From Promethearchaeota archaeon (GTDB taxonomy: Archaea; Asgardarchaeota; Lokiarchaeia; Sigyniarchaeales; SOKP01), in NCBI GenBank assembly GCA_016840085.1, contig JAEOTA010000018.1:140888-204887 (forward strand): a stretch of DNA of 64,000 nucleotides, written 5' to 3'. Numbering within the stretch: the first letter of the stretch is position 1; the number at the start of each line of letters is the position of its first letter. A program made the position numbers and the translations under genes. The notes under the pieces are model-generated. The model did no database searches and was not told where the DNA came from. It saw only the letters and a program-made list of their open reading frames with translations. Below are positions 51,482-60,892 of this stretch, piece after piece.

Positions 51482-53167
51482 ATGTCTTGGGAAGAATATA
51501 ATCAGCATCCACATACAATTGTAGGTGTCATCGAAAAATGGGCAAAAGAACGACCAGATAAGATTGCATTCATTATATATGATACTGAAAAGCAATATAC
51601 ATTCAGGGAATTCATTAATGCCATCAATGCAATGGCATATAAATTCTATAATATGGGTTTTAGAAAGGGCGATATCATCGCTACTTCTCTCCCATTTTTA
51701 TATGAACATATTGTTTTAGGTTATGCTTGTGCGAAACTTGGTATAATGTGGACGCCTTTCGATTTGAGGTTAAAACCTCCGGAAATCATGCAGAATTTAA
51801 GTTTATTAAAAGAAAAATGTAAGATGTTTTGTCATCTTGGAAAAACTCCACTTGCAAATTTTGGTTTGATTGGAGCTGCTGTGAAAAAGAATAATCCTTG
51901 GTTAGAATATGTTGTGCAATTTAGCACTCCAGACGATAAATATAGAGCTAGAATTATCCCTGCTTATCAAATCGCTGAAGAAGCTCAAAGTGAGATTATA
52001 GAAGCAATGAAAAATCCAGAATCAATGAAACTATTTATTAAAGAGTGTGCGAAAGTAGGGGAAGATGATCCTATTATGATTGTCTTTACGACAGGATCTA
52101 CGGGTTATCCAAAACCTGCTATGTTAACTAACAAAAGCATAACTTGCCAAAATTTGTGCTTATCAAAAGGTTTTGATGTCGATGAAAATGATAAAATGCT
52201 TGTAAATCTCCCTCCTTCTCATGTAGGAGGAACCACAGAACAATTCATGACTCCTATGTTTATTGGGGGAACTTGTGTTATTCTACATATTTTTGATGCC
52301 GAAAAAACTTTGGATGCTATTCAAAAATATAAGGTAACGACGTTTGGTCAGATACCAGCAATGTTTATTATGCAATGGAGGTTACCAAATTATAATGACT
52401 ATGATTTAAGTTCATTAAAATTTGCGTTATATGGTGGTCAAGCAGTAGATAGACCGTTCCTAGAAAAGTTATCAAGTATGGCTCCCAAATTTGGTAGTGG
52501 ATTTGGATTAACAGAAAGCTCCGGTTTCTGCACATTTACACCTCTGGACGGAACTGTTGATGATATTCTAGCGGGTATTGGAAAAGATTATCCAATTTAT
52601 CCTATGAGCATCAGAAAACCTATAAAAGAAGATGGCTCAGCTGGAGATGAATTAGCTGATGGGGAGATTGGAGAAATATGTTTTCAAGGTCCTCAAAATT
52701 TCTTAGGATATTTTGGAAATGAAAAAGCTACACGAGAAACATTATCTACTGATGAAATGCTTTATACTGGAGATATGGGCTATAAAGATGATAATGGACT
52801 ACATTTATCAGGGAGAAGAAAGTATTTAATTAAGCCAAAAGGATTCCAAGTTTTTCCCCCTGAAGTTGAAGCTTTTATTGCTGAAATTCCGCAAGTTGAA
52901 TTTGTAGGTGTTATTGGGGCGAAACATGAAGTTTTCACTGATGGGATTGTAACTTATATTAAAGTTAAAGAAGGTCAAACGCTAACAGAAGAACAGATTT
53001 TCGAGCATTGTAAAGGTATAGCAGCATATAAGAGACCCTCTTTAGTAGTATTTTTAGATGAATTCCCATTGAATAGAGTTGCAAAAACTGATTATGTTGT
53101 ATTGAAAGAGCGGGTAGAAAAAGATGTTGAAGAAGCTCGAGCTAAAGGTGGCTGGGATGCCCAATAA
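51482..53167 (+). CDS. Acyl-CoA synthetase (AMP-forming)
   Basis: FTTGSTGYPKP, FGLTE and YTGDMG motifs. Confidence 0.92.
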   Translation: MSWEEYNQHPHTIVGVIEKWAKERPDKIAFIIYDTEKQYTFREFINAINAMAYKFYNMGFRKGDIIATSLPFLYEHIVLGYACAKLGIMWTPFDLRLKPPEIMQNLSLLKEKCKMFCHLGKTPLANFGLIGAAVKKNNPWLEYVVQFSTPDDKYRARIIPAYQIAEEAQSEIIEAMKNPESMKLFIKECAKVGEDDPIMIVFTTGSTGYPKPAMLTNKSITCQNLCLSKGFDVDENDKMLVNLPPSHVGGTTEQFMTPMFIGGTCVILHIFDAEKTLDAIQKYKVTTFGQIPAMFIMQWRLPNYNDYDLSSLKFALYGGQAVDRPFLEKLSSMAPKFGSGFGLTESSGFCTFTPLDGTVDDILAGIGKDYPIYPMSIRKPIKEDGSAGDELADGEIGEICFQGPQNFLGYFGNEKATRETLSTDEMLYTGDMGYKDDNGLHLSGRRKYLIKPKGFQVFPPEVEAFIAEIPQVEFVGVIGAKHEVFTDGIVTYIKVKEGQTLTEEQIFEHCKGIAAYKRPSLVVFLDEFPLNRVAKTDYVVLKERVEKDVEEARAKGGWDAQ

Positions 53168-53387
53168 ATTATAAATTCTTCATTTTCATTTTACTGATAA
53201 CTTTTCTTTTACCAAAGGAATTTCTCAATAACTATTTGAAATTGCGAAATCTTAAAATCTAAATGTGGTTTATAAAACTTAGTTATCAATTGATAATAGA
53301 CCTAATACAAATAACAAAAAAGAAGAGCAAGGGATTTAAACCCATAAAAAGGAAAAAGTATTCAAAACGTAGAAAAGGTGAAGAAAA

Positions 53388-53669
53388 TTGCCTAAAGAAG
53401 ATGATTCAAAAGTTTTTATTGGTAAAAAGAAGACAATGGCTTATGTTATGGCTGCTATGGTTGTTTTAAATGAAAAGCCAGTTAGATTATTGGCGCGTGG
53501 TCGTTCAATTTCGCGAGCAGTTGATGTTGCTGAGATTTTGATAAATAAATTTTTCAGTGGAAGTAGTTATGGAGAAATTTTGATTGGAACTGAGACACTA
53601 ACTAATCAAGATGGAACTACAAGTAATGTTTCCTCCATTGAGATTGAAATTCTTCAGCCAAAGAAGTAA
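53388..53669 (+). CDS. albA: DNA/RNA-binding protein Alba
   Basis: VFIGKK..M.YV, ARGRSISRAVDVAE and NVSSIEI; TTG start after AGGTGA. Confidence 0.95.
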   Translation: MPKEDDSKVFIGKKKTMAYVMAAMVVLNEKPVRLLARGRSISRAVDVAEILINKFFSGSSYGEILIGTETLTNQDGTTSNVSSIEIEILQPKK

Positions 53670-53722
53670 TGAAAGAAAATTCTAAACAAATACAGGAGAA
53701 AATCAGGAGACTTTCTCATATC

Positions 53723-53743
53723 TTTTTTTTTATTTTATTTTTT
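53723..53743 (+). terminator. Oligo-T terminator downstream of albA
   Basis: T9 run followed by further T tracts. Confidence 0.5.
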
Positions 53744-53976
53744 AAAAGTTTTATCATTTCGAGATAAACCTATAATGGTGTTTATCAATAATTGGGCGAT
53801 ACCCTATTTTTAGTAAATACTGTTTGAAGTAGGATTACTTAAATCTGTAAATAAAAACAAAATTTTTTATCTTCTTTTAATCGATATATTTACAAAAATA
53901 GAATAAACTGTAAAAAACTTTAAATATTCAAGTATTAAAAATAGAAATAGAAAGGTTCAAATCTTAAAGTTATATT

Positions 53977-55761
53977 ATGAAAAAAAAAAAATATGTAATA
54001 TTCTTCCTAATACTTGTTTTAGTTAATTCACTTCATTCGATAAGAACTCAAGAGGACACTTCTTCTTTCCTTACATGCGCTTCATTAAGATTAAATAATT
54101 CTATCTCAGGCAACTCTATAGACTATCTAATTATTACCACTAATGATTTTAAAAATATTTTAGAACCTTTAGCTATGTGGAAAACACAAAAAGGATTAGT
54201 TCCAAAAATCGAAACTGTTGAAGATATTAAGGAACATTATCAAGGTAGAAATCTTGCGGAAAAAATCAAGAATTGCATAGCAACCTATTATACTAATAAT
54301 AAGACTCAATGGGTATTATTAACTGGGGATCACTTGCATCTTCCTTCCCAATATGTAAGAATTTATGATAATTATTCACCAGATGGTGATTACGTAAGTT
54401 GTGATACTTATTATACTGATTTAGATAATAATTGGGATTTAAATAATGATGGTTTATGGGGAACTAACCAAGATGAATTTGATTTTGAAGCGGAGGTTTA
54501 TGTAGGACGATTATCAGCAAATAACAAGAAAGAAATGGCTGATTTAGTTCAGAAATTATTAAATTATGAGAAAAATCCTGCAATTGGAAATTGGATGACT
54601 AAAACAATATTGGCTTCGTCTATTTTAGCTTTTGATGAAGATTGGAATAATGATAATGTTGTAGACTTTGAAGAATGTGATGGAAACCGTTTCAATAATT
54701 TTTTAAAAAATCATCTTCCATCCAATTTTAGCAGTACAATTCTTGCTTTAACAACTGGTATTAAAGGATCTGATTATTCTTACAACTTATCTTTAAACTA
54801 TGAGAATTTCAAAGATATTATTGTAAATGGATTTAATATCGGTTCATTTTCTCTCCATGGGAGTGAGATAGCACTCCATTATGAGGAATGGGTTCAAGAT
54901 TATGATGGAGATATGTTATATGATTATACTGATGATCCTATTTTCGGAAATGGAACTCGAATTGATCAATCAATATGGAAACGGTTAGTAGATACAAGTT
55001 CTTATACAATAGAACCAGAAGAAAATAAATTGGGAATGCTATTTCTTCTAGCTTGTTCTACAGGAACTTTTGATTGGTATGAAGATTGTCTTGCGGAATA
55101 TTTTCTAAAAAATATAGCAATAGGTTGTGTTGCATCCAGCTATGTAAGTTGGGCAGAAGATCAATGGCATGAACGTGAACATGGAGGTTGGTTTGCTGAA
55201 GGATTAGCCTTTCGTTTTTGGGAACAATTATTCCAAATAAGTCAACCTGGTAAAGCATTAGCTAACGCTAAGGCAGATTATATCTCTGATAGAAACAGCT
55301 CTACTGAACTTTATGAATATCCAGAATGGCATGATAAAGTTTTAAAACAGTTTAATTTATTTGGGGATCCAGAAGTTCCTATTTGGCTAAATATACCTAA
55401 AATACTAAATATTACCGAAATTTCTTCCCTAGACGAATCTACAACCTTTCAAGTTTCAGCAGATGATATTCCCATCGAAAATAGTACAATAACTTTAATT
55501 AAAGGTAATATGCTTTTCTGGAAAGGCGACACAAATCAGAATGGAATAATTGAATTACCTTTCAATAAAGATCAAATCAAACTATTTACTCTTACAGTAA
55601 CTAAGATGGGCTATGTACCACATCAAATTGAACCTATAGAGAAGAAAACAAAATCAATTTCTATAAAAGGTTATAATATTTTAATATCGAGTATGATTCT
55701 TTTAGGGATGATTTATATTTATTTCATTCATAGTAAGAAAAAGAAATTAAACTACATTTGA
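53977..55761 (+). CDS. Secreted C25 (gingipain-like) cysteine peptidase with C-terminal membrane anchor
   Basis: Signal peptide; YLIIT, WK..KG, VLL.GD, D.YY.DLD and VGRL motifs; catalytic-like HG and AC..G.FD; LFGDP; C-terminal I.GY + TM + KKKK. Confidence 0.88.
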   Translation: MKKKKYVIFFLILVLVNSLHSIRTQEDTSSFLTCASLRLNNSISGNSIDYLIITTNDFKNILEPLAMWKTQKGLVPKIETVEDIKEHYQGRNLAEKIKNCIATYYTNNKTQWVLLTGDHLHLPSQYVRIYDNYSPDGDYVSCDTYYTDLDNNWDLNNDGLWGTNQDEFDFEAEVYVGRLSANNKKEMADLVQKLLNYEKNPAIGNWMTKTILASSILAFDEDWNNDNVVDFEECDGNRFNNFLKNHLPSNFSSTILALTTGIKGSDYSYNLSLNYENFKDIIVNGFNIGSFSLHGSEIALHYEEWVQDYDGDMLYDYTDDPIFGNGTRIDQSIWKRLVDTSSYTIEPEENKLGMLFLLACSTGTFDWYEDCLAEYFLKNIAIGCVASSYVSWAEDQWHEREHGGWFAEGLAFRFWEQLFQISQPGKALANAKADYISDRNSSTELYEYPEWHDKVLKQFNLFGDPEVPIWLNIPKILNITEISSLDESTTFQVSADDIPIENSTITLIKGNMLFWKGDTNQNGIIELPFNKDQIKLFTLTVTKMGYVPHQIEPIEKKTKSISIKGYNILISSMILLGMIYIYFIHSKKKKLNYI

Positions 55762-55812
55762 AATCAGCAGATCATCTCGTATTTTTTTTAATTTTGCTTT
55801 TTCTATACAAAA

Positions 55813-56685
55813 TTATTTTGGTATAAATTTGTAATGGTTTTCATCAATAACAGGACGATACCCAATTTTTAGATATATACTGTTTGAAGTACGATTACTT
55901 AAATCAGTAAACAGAAAACAATATTTATTTCCTTCCTCTAAGAGGTATTTACTTAATTTTGCCACGCATTCAGTCGCATATCCTTTTCTCCTTAAGGAAG
56001 GAGGAGTATAGACAAGATTAATCGAATTTCCATTAGGAGTTTTACCTGCTTTTCTTGCCATCGAAACAGGCTTATCATTATCAAACAATAAAAAGATCTG
56101 ACTATCATCATTCTCAAATTCGCCCTTGAAATTAGTAATATTTCGATTTAATTCTTCTTGTGTAATATCCACTAATGCTTCGGTTAACATTTCTCTTGCC
56201 CACGTGAGAACTGTAGACTGATGGGGTTTTGTAGCAATGGAAAATTTTTTATCCCCTAATATCTCTTTCGAGACTTTTTGTAATTTATAAATTCTTTCCT
56301 TTCTTAATAACTGTGGTTCCAAAGAATTTTTATCACACCATAATTTCGTAAATTTATCTGCGGCTTCACTGAAACTTAAAACACCAGGTAATTTCTCATT
56401 CCGCTTTAAAAGTTCTTCAACTAATACATTAATATTTTCTATCTTATCTGTATAAGATATAAGAAGATCATATGGAGGGGTTCTTAGAGCTATTAAATTT
56501 ATGGCAATATCACCAGTTAACGAAAATAAAAGTGGCATTTCTTCTCCATATCTATGAATATTCTCTTTGAGAGAATTAAGAAGAGATAAAAGAAGACCAT
56601 TTTCAACCTCATGTTTAAGCAAAAAAGGAGTTGCTAAATTGTAAAACTTATTTATATCATCGTAAAACCTTGCTTCCATATTCAC
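55813..56685 (-). CDS. GNAT-family acetyltransferase
   Basis: VYTPP..RRKGYA and LFTDLSN.TSNSIY..IGY motifs. Confidence 0.88.
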   Translation of the reverse strand: MNMEARFYDDINKFYNLATPFLLKHEVENGLLLSLLNSLKENIHRYGEEMPLLFSLTGDIAINLIALRTPPYDLLISYTDKIENINVLVEELLKRNEKLPGVLSFSEAADKFTKLWCDKNSLEPQLLRKERIYKLQKVSKEILGDKKFSIATKPHQSTVLTWAREMLTEALVDITQEELNRNITNFKGEFENDDSQIFLLFDNDKPVSMARKAGKTPNGNSINLVYTPPSLRRKGYATECVAKLSKYLLEEGNKYCFLFTDLSNRTSNSIYLKIGYRPVIDENHYKFIPK

Positions 56686-56739
56686 TTAAGAAGATAATTT
56701 ATTTAAAAAAAGTTCTTATTTGGGTATTGTTTTATAACT

Positions 56740-57039
56740 TTAAAGGTCTTGTTTTAAAATTTCTAATTTATTAATAATTGTATCAATATCTGATTTCGTG
56801 GCAGTATTTACACTTAATTTGTTAACTAAATTGATAAAATCTTTGATTATTGGATTCTCAAGAATAAGACATTTTTGATTCATAGTATTTACATTCAAAA
56901 TAAGGGCAGATTCAAGCTTTTCTCCAATCCCTAACACATCCTTAAAAATTAATTCATTATCTTCATTGTAAGATAATATGACAATATCCTCTAATATCTG
57001 AGAACCATCATTTTTTTTTATAATCTTGAATTCACACAT
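56740..57039 (-). CDS. CooT-family nickel-binding protein
   Basis: MCE start, ..I.EDI, L...DVLG pattern; about 3 kb from cdhB/cdhC. Confidence 0.75.
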   Translation of the reverse strand: MCEFKIIKKNDGSQILEDIVILSYNEDNELIFKDVLGIGEKLESALILNVNTMNQKCLILENPIIKDFINLVNKLSVNTATKSDIDTIINKLEILKQDL

Positions 57040-57166
57040 TTTTATTGAGATTGTGTCTGATTTTATTTATATAATGAAATCTAATACTCCTATTATAGTT
57101 TCATTTTTTAAGATTTTTTATATATCAAAAATAATTAGAGTAAACTATATAAAGATATAAAAAAGG

Positions 57167-58636
57167 TTGATCAATGTGAATAAGGAAGATCTCTATTACA
57201 TTCCCGCATGGGAAATGAAAGAAAAGATAATAAAGCAAGAATTGACTTCAGAGGAATTAACTGAAACAATTATTGAAAGAATTGAAAAAATCAATCCGAT
57301 AATTAATGCTTACTGTTCTACTACATTCGATTTAGCTAGAGATTTAGCAAAAAAAGCTGATACGGCTATTAAAAAGGGTGAAAAATTGGGACTATTACAT
57401 GGTATACCGACTTCTATCAAAGATAATGTTGATGTTAAAGGAATTAGAACTACATGTGGCTGTAAAGCATTTGAAAACTATATTTCTACAGAAGATGATA
57501 TAGCAGTCAAAAGATTGAAGGAAGCGGGCGTGGTTATTTTAGGAAAGACAAACATGCCTGCCTTTGGTTATAAAGGAGTTACTGATAATCTAATTTTTGG
57601 TGCAACGAAAAATCCTTGGCATTTAGAAAGGACTCCAGGAGGATCTACTGGGGGAGGCGCAGCAGCAACAGCTTCTGGATTAAGTCCTTTAACTCAAGGT
57701 TCGGATGGAGGAGGTTCTATCCGAATTCCAAGTAGCTTTTGTGGGTTATATGGTATCAAACCAACTTTTGGACGTATCCCACAAAAATCAATGAAAATAG
57801 AGGGCAATATGGGCACATACGTTCAAAAGGGACCTTTAGTTAGGCATGTAAAAGATGCTGCACTATTTTTAGATGCTTTAGTTGGAGCTGATGATATAGA
57901 CAGATATTCTATACCAAAACCAAATTATAGCTTTTATGATGCAATAGAAGAGAAACCTAAAAAACTTAAAATAGGATATGCAATAGACCTAGGAAATTTA
58001 GAAGTTATTCATTCTGAAGTCGAGAAATCAGTACTAAATGCTGTTAAAAAATTTGAAGAATTCAATTGGTCAGTTGAAAAAAGCAATATTAATCTGTTAT
58101 CAATTGGACATACAATTAGAGGTAATGTGAGTATAGGAAACTATGGATTGACATGGTATACTATATGGACTTATGGAATTGGATACTTTCTCAAACCAAT
58201 AATTGAAGAATTTGGGAGTGTTATGGACCAAGAATTAGTACAAATGGCTCAAAATGGATTCCAACTTACCGCTGAAAATATTTATATGGCAGAAATCCAA
58301 AGGGAAATCATATATGATAATGTATGTAGACATTTTAAAGAATTTGATATTTTAATTACTCCTACCATGGCATGTCCTGCTTTTGAATTAGGTGTATCCT
58401 CCCCAACTAAAATTGATGGGAAGGAGGTTTCCCCAGGAGCCTATTCACCTTATACTCATCCCTTTAATATGAGTGGTCATCCAGCAGCTTCAATTCCTTG
58501 TGGGTGGTCTAAGGATGGTTTACCTATAGGTATGCAAATAGTTGGGAAGAGATTTGATGAGATAACGGTTCTTCAAGTCTCTAAAGCATTCGAAGACGTT
58601 GCCCCTTGGCAAGATAAAAAACCTAAATTTAATTAA
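57167..58636 (+). CDS. Amidase-signature family amidase
   Basis: SIKD, GKTN, GGSTGG and GSDGGGSIR.P motifs. Confidence 0.92.
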   Translation: MINVNKEDLYYIPAWEMKEKIIKQELTSEELTETIIERIEKINPIINAYCSTTFDLARDLAKKADTAIKKGEKLGLLHGIPTSIKDNVDVKGIRTTCGCKAFENYISTEDDIAVKRLKEAGVVILGKTNMPAFGYKGVTDNLIFGATKNPWHLERTPGGSTGGGAAATASGLSPLTQGSDGGGSIRIPSSFCGLYGIKPTFGRIPQKSMKIEGNMGTYVQKGPLVRHVKDAALFLDALVGADDIDRYSIPKPNYSFYDAIEEKPKKLKIGYAIDLGNLEVIHSEVEKSVLNAVKKFEEFNWSVEKSNINLLSIGHTIRGNVSIGNYGLTWYTIWTYGIGYFLKPIIEEFGSVMDQELVQMAQNGFQLTAENIYMAEIQREIIYDNVCRHFKEFDILITPTMACPAFELGVSSPTKIDGKEVSPGAYSPYTHPFNMSGHPAASIPCGWSKDGLPIGMQIVGKRFDEITVLQVSKAFEDVAPWQDKKPKFN

Positions 58637-58675
58637 TTATACTTATTATAAATTTAAATTTGGATCAAGAGAAAA

Positions 58676-60094
58676 ATGAGAAAATATGATATTTGTTTTA
58701 TGTCTGCTTGCGATATGGCAGAGAAAATAAAAAACCAAGAATTATCCTCTGAAGAAATCACTGAAATCATTATTGAAAGGATTGAAAAAACCAATCCAAT
58801 AATTAACGCATATTGTACTACTACATTCGATTTAGGAAGGGAAATGGCTAAAATAGCAGATGAACGAGTAAAGAGAAATGAAAAAATTCCTCTCCTAAAT
58901 GGAATTCCTACTTCTATAAAAGATTTAGTTCCAGTAAAAGGAGTGAGAACTACTTATGGTTCAAAAATTTATGAACATAACATTCCTGAAGATGATGCAA
59001 TTGTCGTTAAACGTTTAAAGGATGATGGTTGCGTAATTTTAGGGAAAACAAATACGCCTGAATTCGGTTTTAAAGGAGTTACTGATAATCTTATTTTTGG
59101 AGTAACACCAAATCCATGGGATCTTGAGAAGACTTCTGGAGGCTCCAGTGGAGGTGCGGCAGCCTCTGTTGTTTCTGGAATGGGCCCTCTAGCTCAGGGT
59201 TCGGATGGAGGAGGTTCTATTCGGCATCCTGCTTGCTTTTGTGGGGCTTATGGTCTTAAACCGAGTTTTGGAAGGGTTCCAATTTATCCAAAAACCAGTC
59301 ATAGCGGTCAAACTTTGTCTGTTATTGGTCCAATTGTAAGATATGTTTCCGATGCAGCATTAATGTTAGATGTTATGAAGGGTCCATTTGAGGGAGATAG
59401 ACATTCATTACCAGAAGATCATATTAAATATTTTGATCATATAAATGAGAAACCAGATAAATTAAAAATTGGGTATACTTTAGATTTAGGTTATGCAAAA
59501 GTTGTAGATGACGAGGTTAAAAAAGCAGTAGTTAATTCAATCCATAAATTTGAATCATTTGGCTGGGAAGTGGAAGAAGCAAAATTTAAGGAGTTCGATC
59601 CTTCCATGGCTTTTAGTACAATGTGGCTAATAATGTTTGGATATGAATTAAAACCTAATTTGAAAGAATGGAAAGATAAAATAGATACCGATTTAGTAAC
59701 TTGGGTTGAAGCGGGATTACGATTTCCAGCATCAAGTCTACCCGATGCTATGAGAATTCGTAGCCAGTTTTATCAATCGATATATGAAACTTTTAAAAAC
59801 TATGATATACTTCTTACTCCATCAACAGCAGTTCCCGCCTTTGAATCAGGGATTACTTACCCATCCAAAATAAATGGGATTGATGTAACTCCCACCGCGT
59901 GGCAAGCATTTACATTTCCATTCAACTTTACAGGACATCCTGCTGCTTCTATTCCTTGTGGATGGACAAATGCCGGTCTACCGATAGGATTACAGATTGT
60001 GGGTAAAAGATTCCAGGAAATGCTAGTTTTACAAGTTTCAAAAGCTTTTGAAGAGAGAGCCCCTTGGCAAGATAAAAAACCAAAGTTTAATTAA
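58676..60094 (+). CDS. Amidase-signature family amidase (tandem paralog)
   Basis: SIKD, GKTNTPEFG, GGSSGG and GSDGGGSIR motifs. Confidence 0.92.
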   Translation: MRKYDICFMSACDMAEKIKNQELSSEEITEIIIERIEKTNPIINAYCTTTFDLGREMAKIADERVKRNEKIPLLNGIPTSIKDLVPVKGVRTTYGSKIYEHNIPEDDAIVVKRLKDDGCVILGKTNTPEFGFKGVTDNLIFGVTPNPWDLEKTSGGSSGGAAASVVSGMGPLAQGSDGGGSIRHPACFCGAYGLKPSFGRVPIYPKTSHSGQTLSVIGPIVRYVSDAALMLDVMKGPFEGDRHSLPEDHIKYFDHINEKPDKLKIGYTLDLGYAKVVDDEVKKAVVNSIHKFESFGWEVEEAKFKEFDPSMAFSTMWLIMFGYELKPNLKEWKDKIDTDLVTWVEAGLRFPASSLPDAMRIRSQFYQSIYETFKNYDILLTPSTAVPAFESGITYPSKINGIDVTPTAWQAFTFPFNFTGHPAASIPCGWTNAGLPIGLQIVGKRFQEMLVLQVSKAFEERAPWQDKKPKFN

Positions 60095-60293
60095 TTTTTA
60101 ATTAATTTTTTTGACAACTTAGTAAATTTTACTTTTTAAATTAACCCATACTTTATTTTTCACTTCTATTTTAATATTTTACCCATCTATTTTTAGTTAA
60201 ACTTCATAAAAACAATTTTTTTAAATTGTCCTTAATAATTCTAAGTATAATAATTGTTTTACAACTTATAAGTAAAAATACAAACAGAGGAAA

Positions 60294-60833
60294 TTGAGTA
60301 AAATGGCACGTCCATATCAAAAAGCTAACATTCCTGGTCCTGAGATGGGTACTTCTGTCTCAGATCCAGCGGTGATGGCGAATTTGCTTAAAACACCTAA
60401 AAAGAAGGTGTTCGTTATAGGTGCTGAATCTTTAAATTGGGAACTTGATGGGAAAAAGCTTGCAGATTATTTCATAGAAATTGCAAATAAACTTGATTGT
60501 CATGTAGTCTCAACAGGACATGCATACAAATATTTAAAAGATAAAATTGCTGATAACAAATTGTTCGATATGTCTCTGATAAACATTACAAATCGTTTAT
60601 CTGATAAAGATTGGGCTGGTTTCGATGGAGAAGGACAATATTCTATGGCTATCTTCGGTGGACATATAGTTTTTTACGTCTCTCAAACATTATCTCGACT
60701 CAAGAACTTTACAAATTGGTTAAGAACGATTGATCTAGACAAATATTCTCATCCGAATGCACGATTTAGCTTACCAAATCTAAATGAAGCGGAATGGAAA
60801 GCATTTTTAGAAAATTTGATTGAAAAGTTATAA
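60294..60833 (+). CDS. cdhB: CO dehydrogenase/acetyl-CoA synthase complex subunit epsilon
   Basis: PYQ.ANIPGP, W.GFDG.GQY, YVSQTLS.LKNF and HPNA.FS.PN motifs; directly upstream of cdhC. Confidence 0.9.
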   Translation: MSKMARPYQKANIPGPEMGTSVSDPAVMANLLKTPKKKVFVIGAESLNWELDGKKLADYFIEIANKLDCHVVSTGHAYKYLKDKIADNKLFDMSLINITNRLSDKDWAGFDGEGQYSMAIFGGHIVFYVSQTLSRLKNFTNWLRTIDLDKYSHPNARFSLPNLNEAEWKAFLENLIEKL

Positions 60834-60892
60834 AAGTTAAAATATTAAATATAAATTACCAAAATGAGAATTCAAATGAGGAGATAAATTAT

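Noticed and set aside
58085-58150. About 12-aa insertion in amidase 1 relative to amidase 2 as another intron
   Set aside because: In frame, no stop codon, and no BHB pairing found by eye.
57167-60094. Calling the amidases gatA
   Set aside because: No gatB or gatC adjacent; the tandem paralogs look like generic amidase-signature enzymes.
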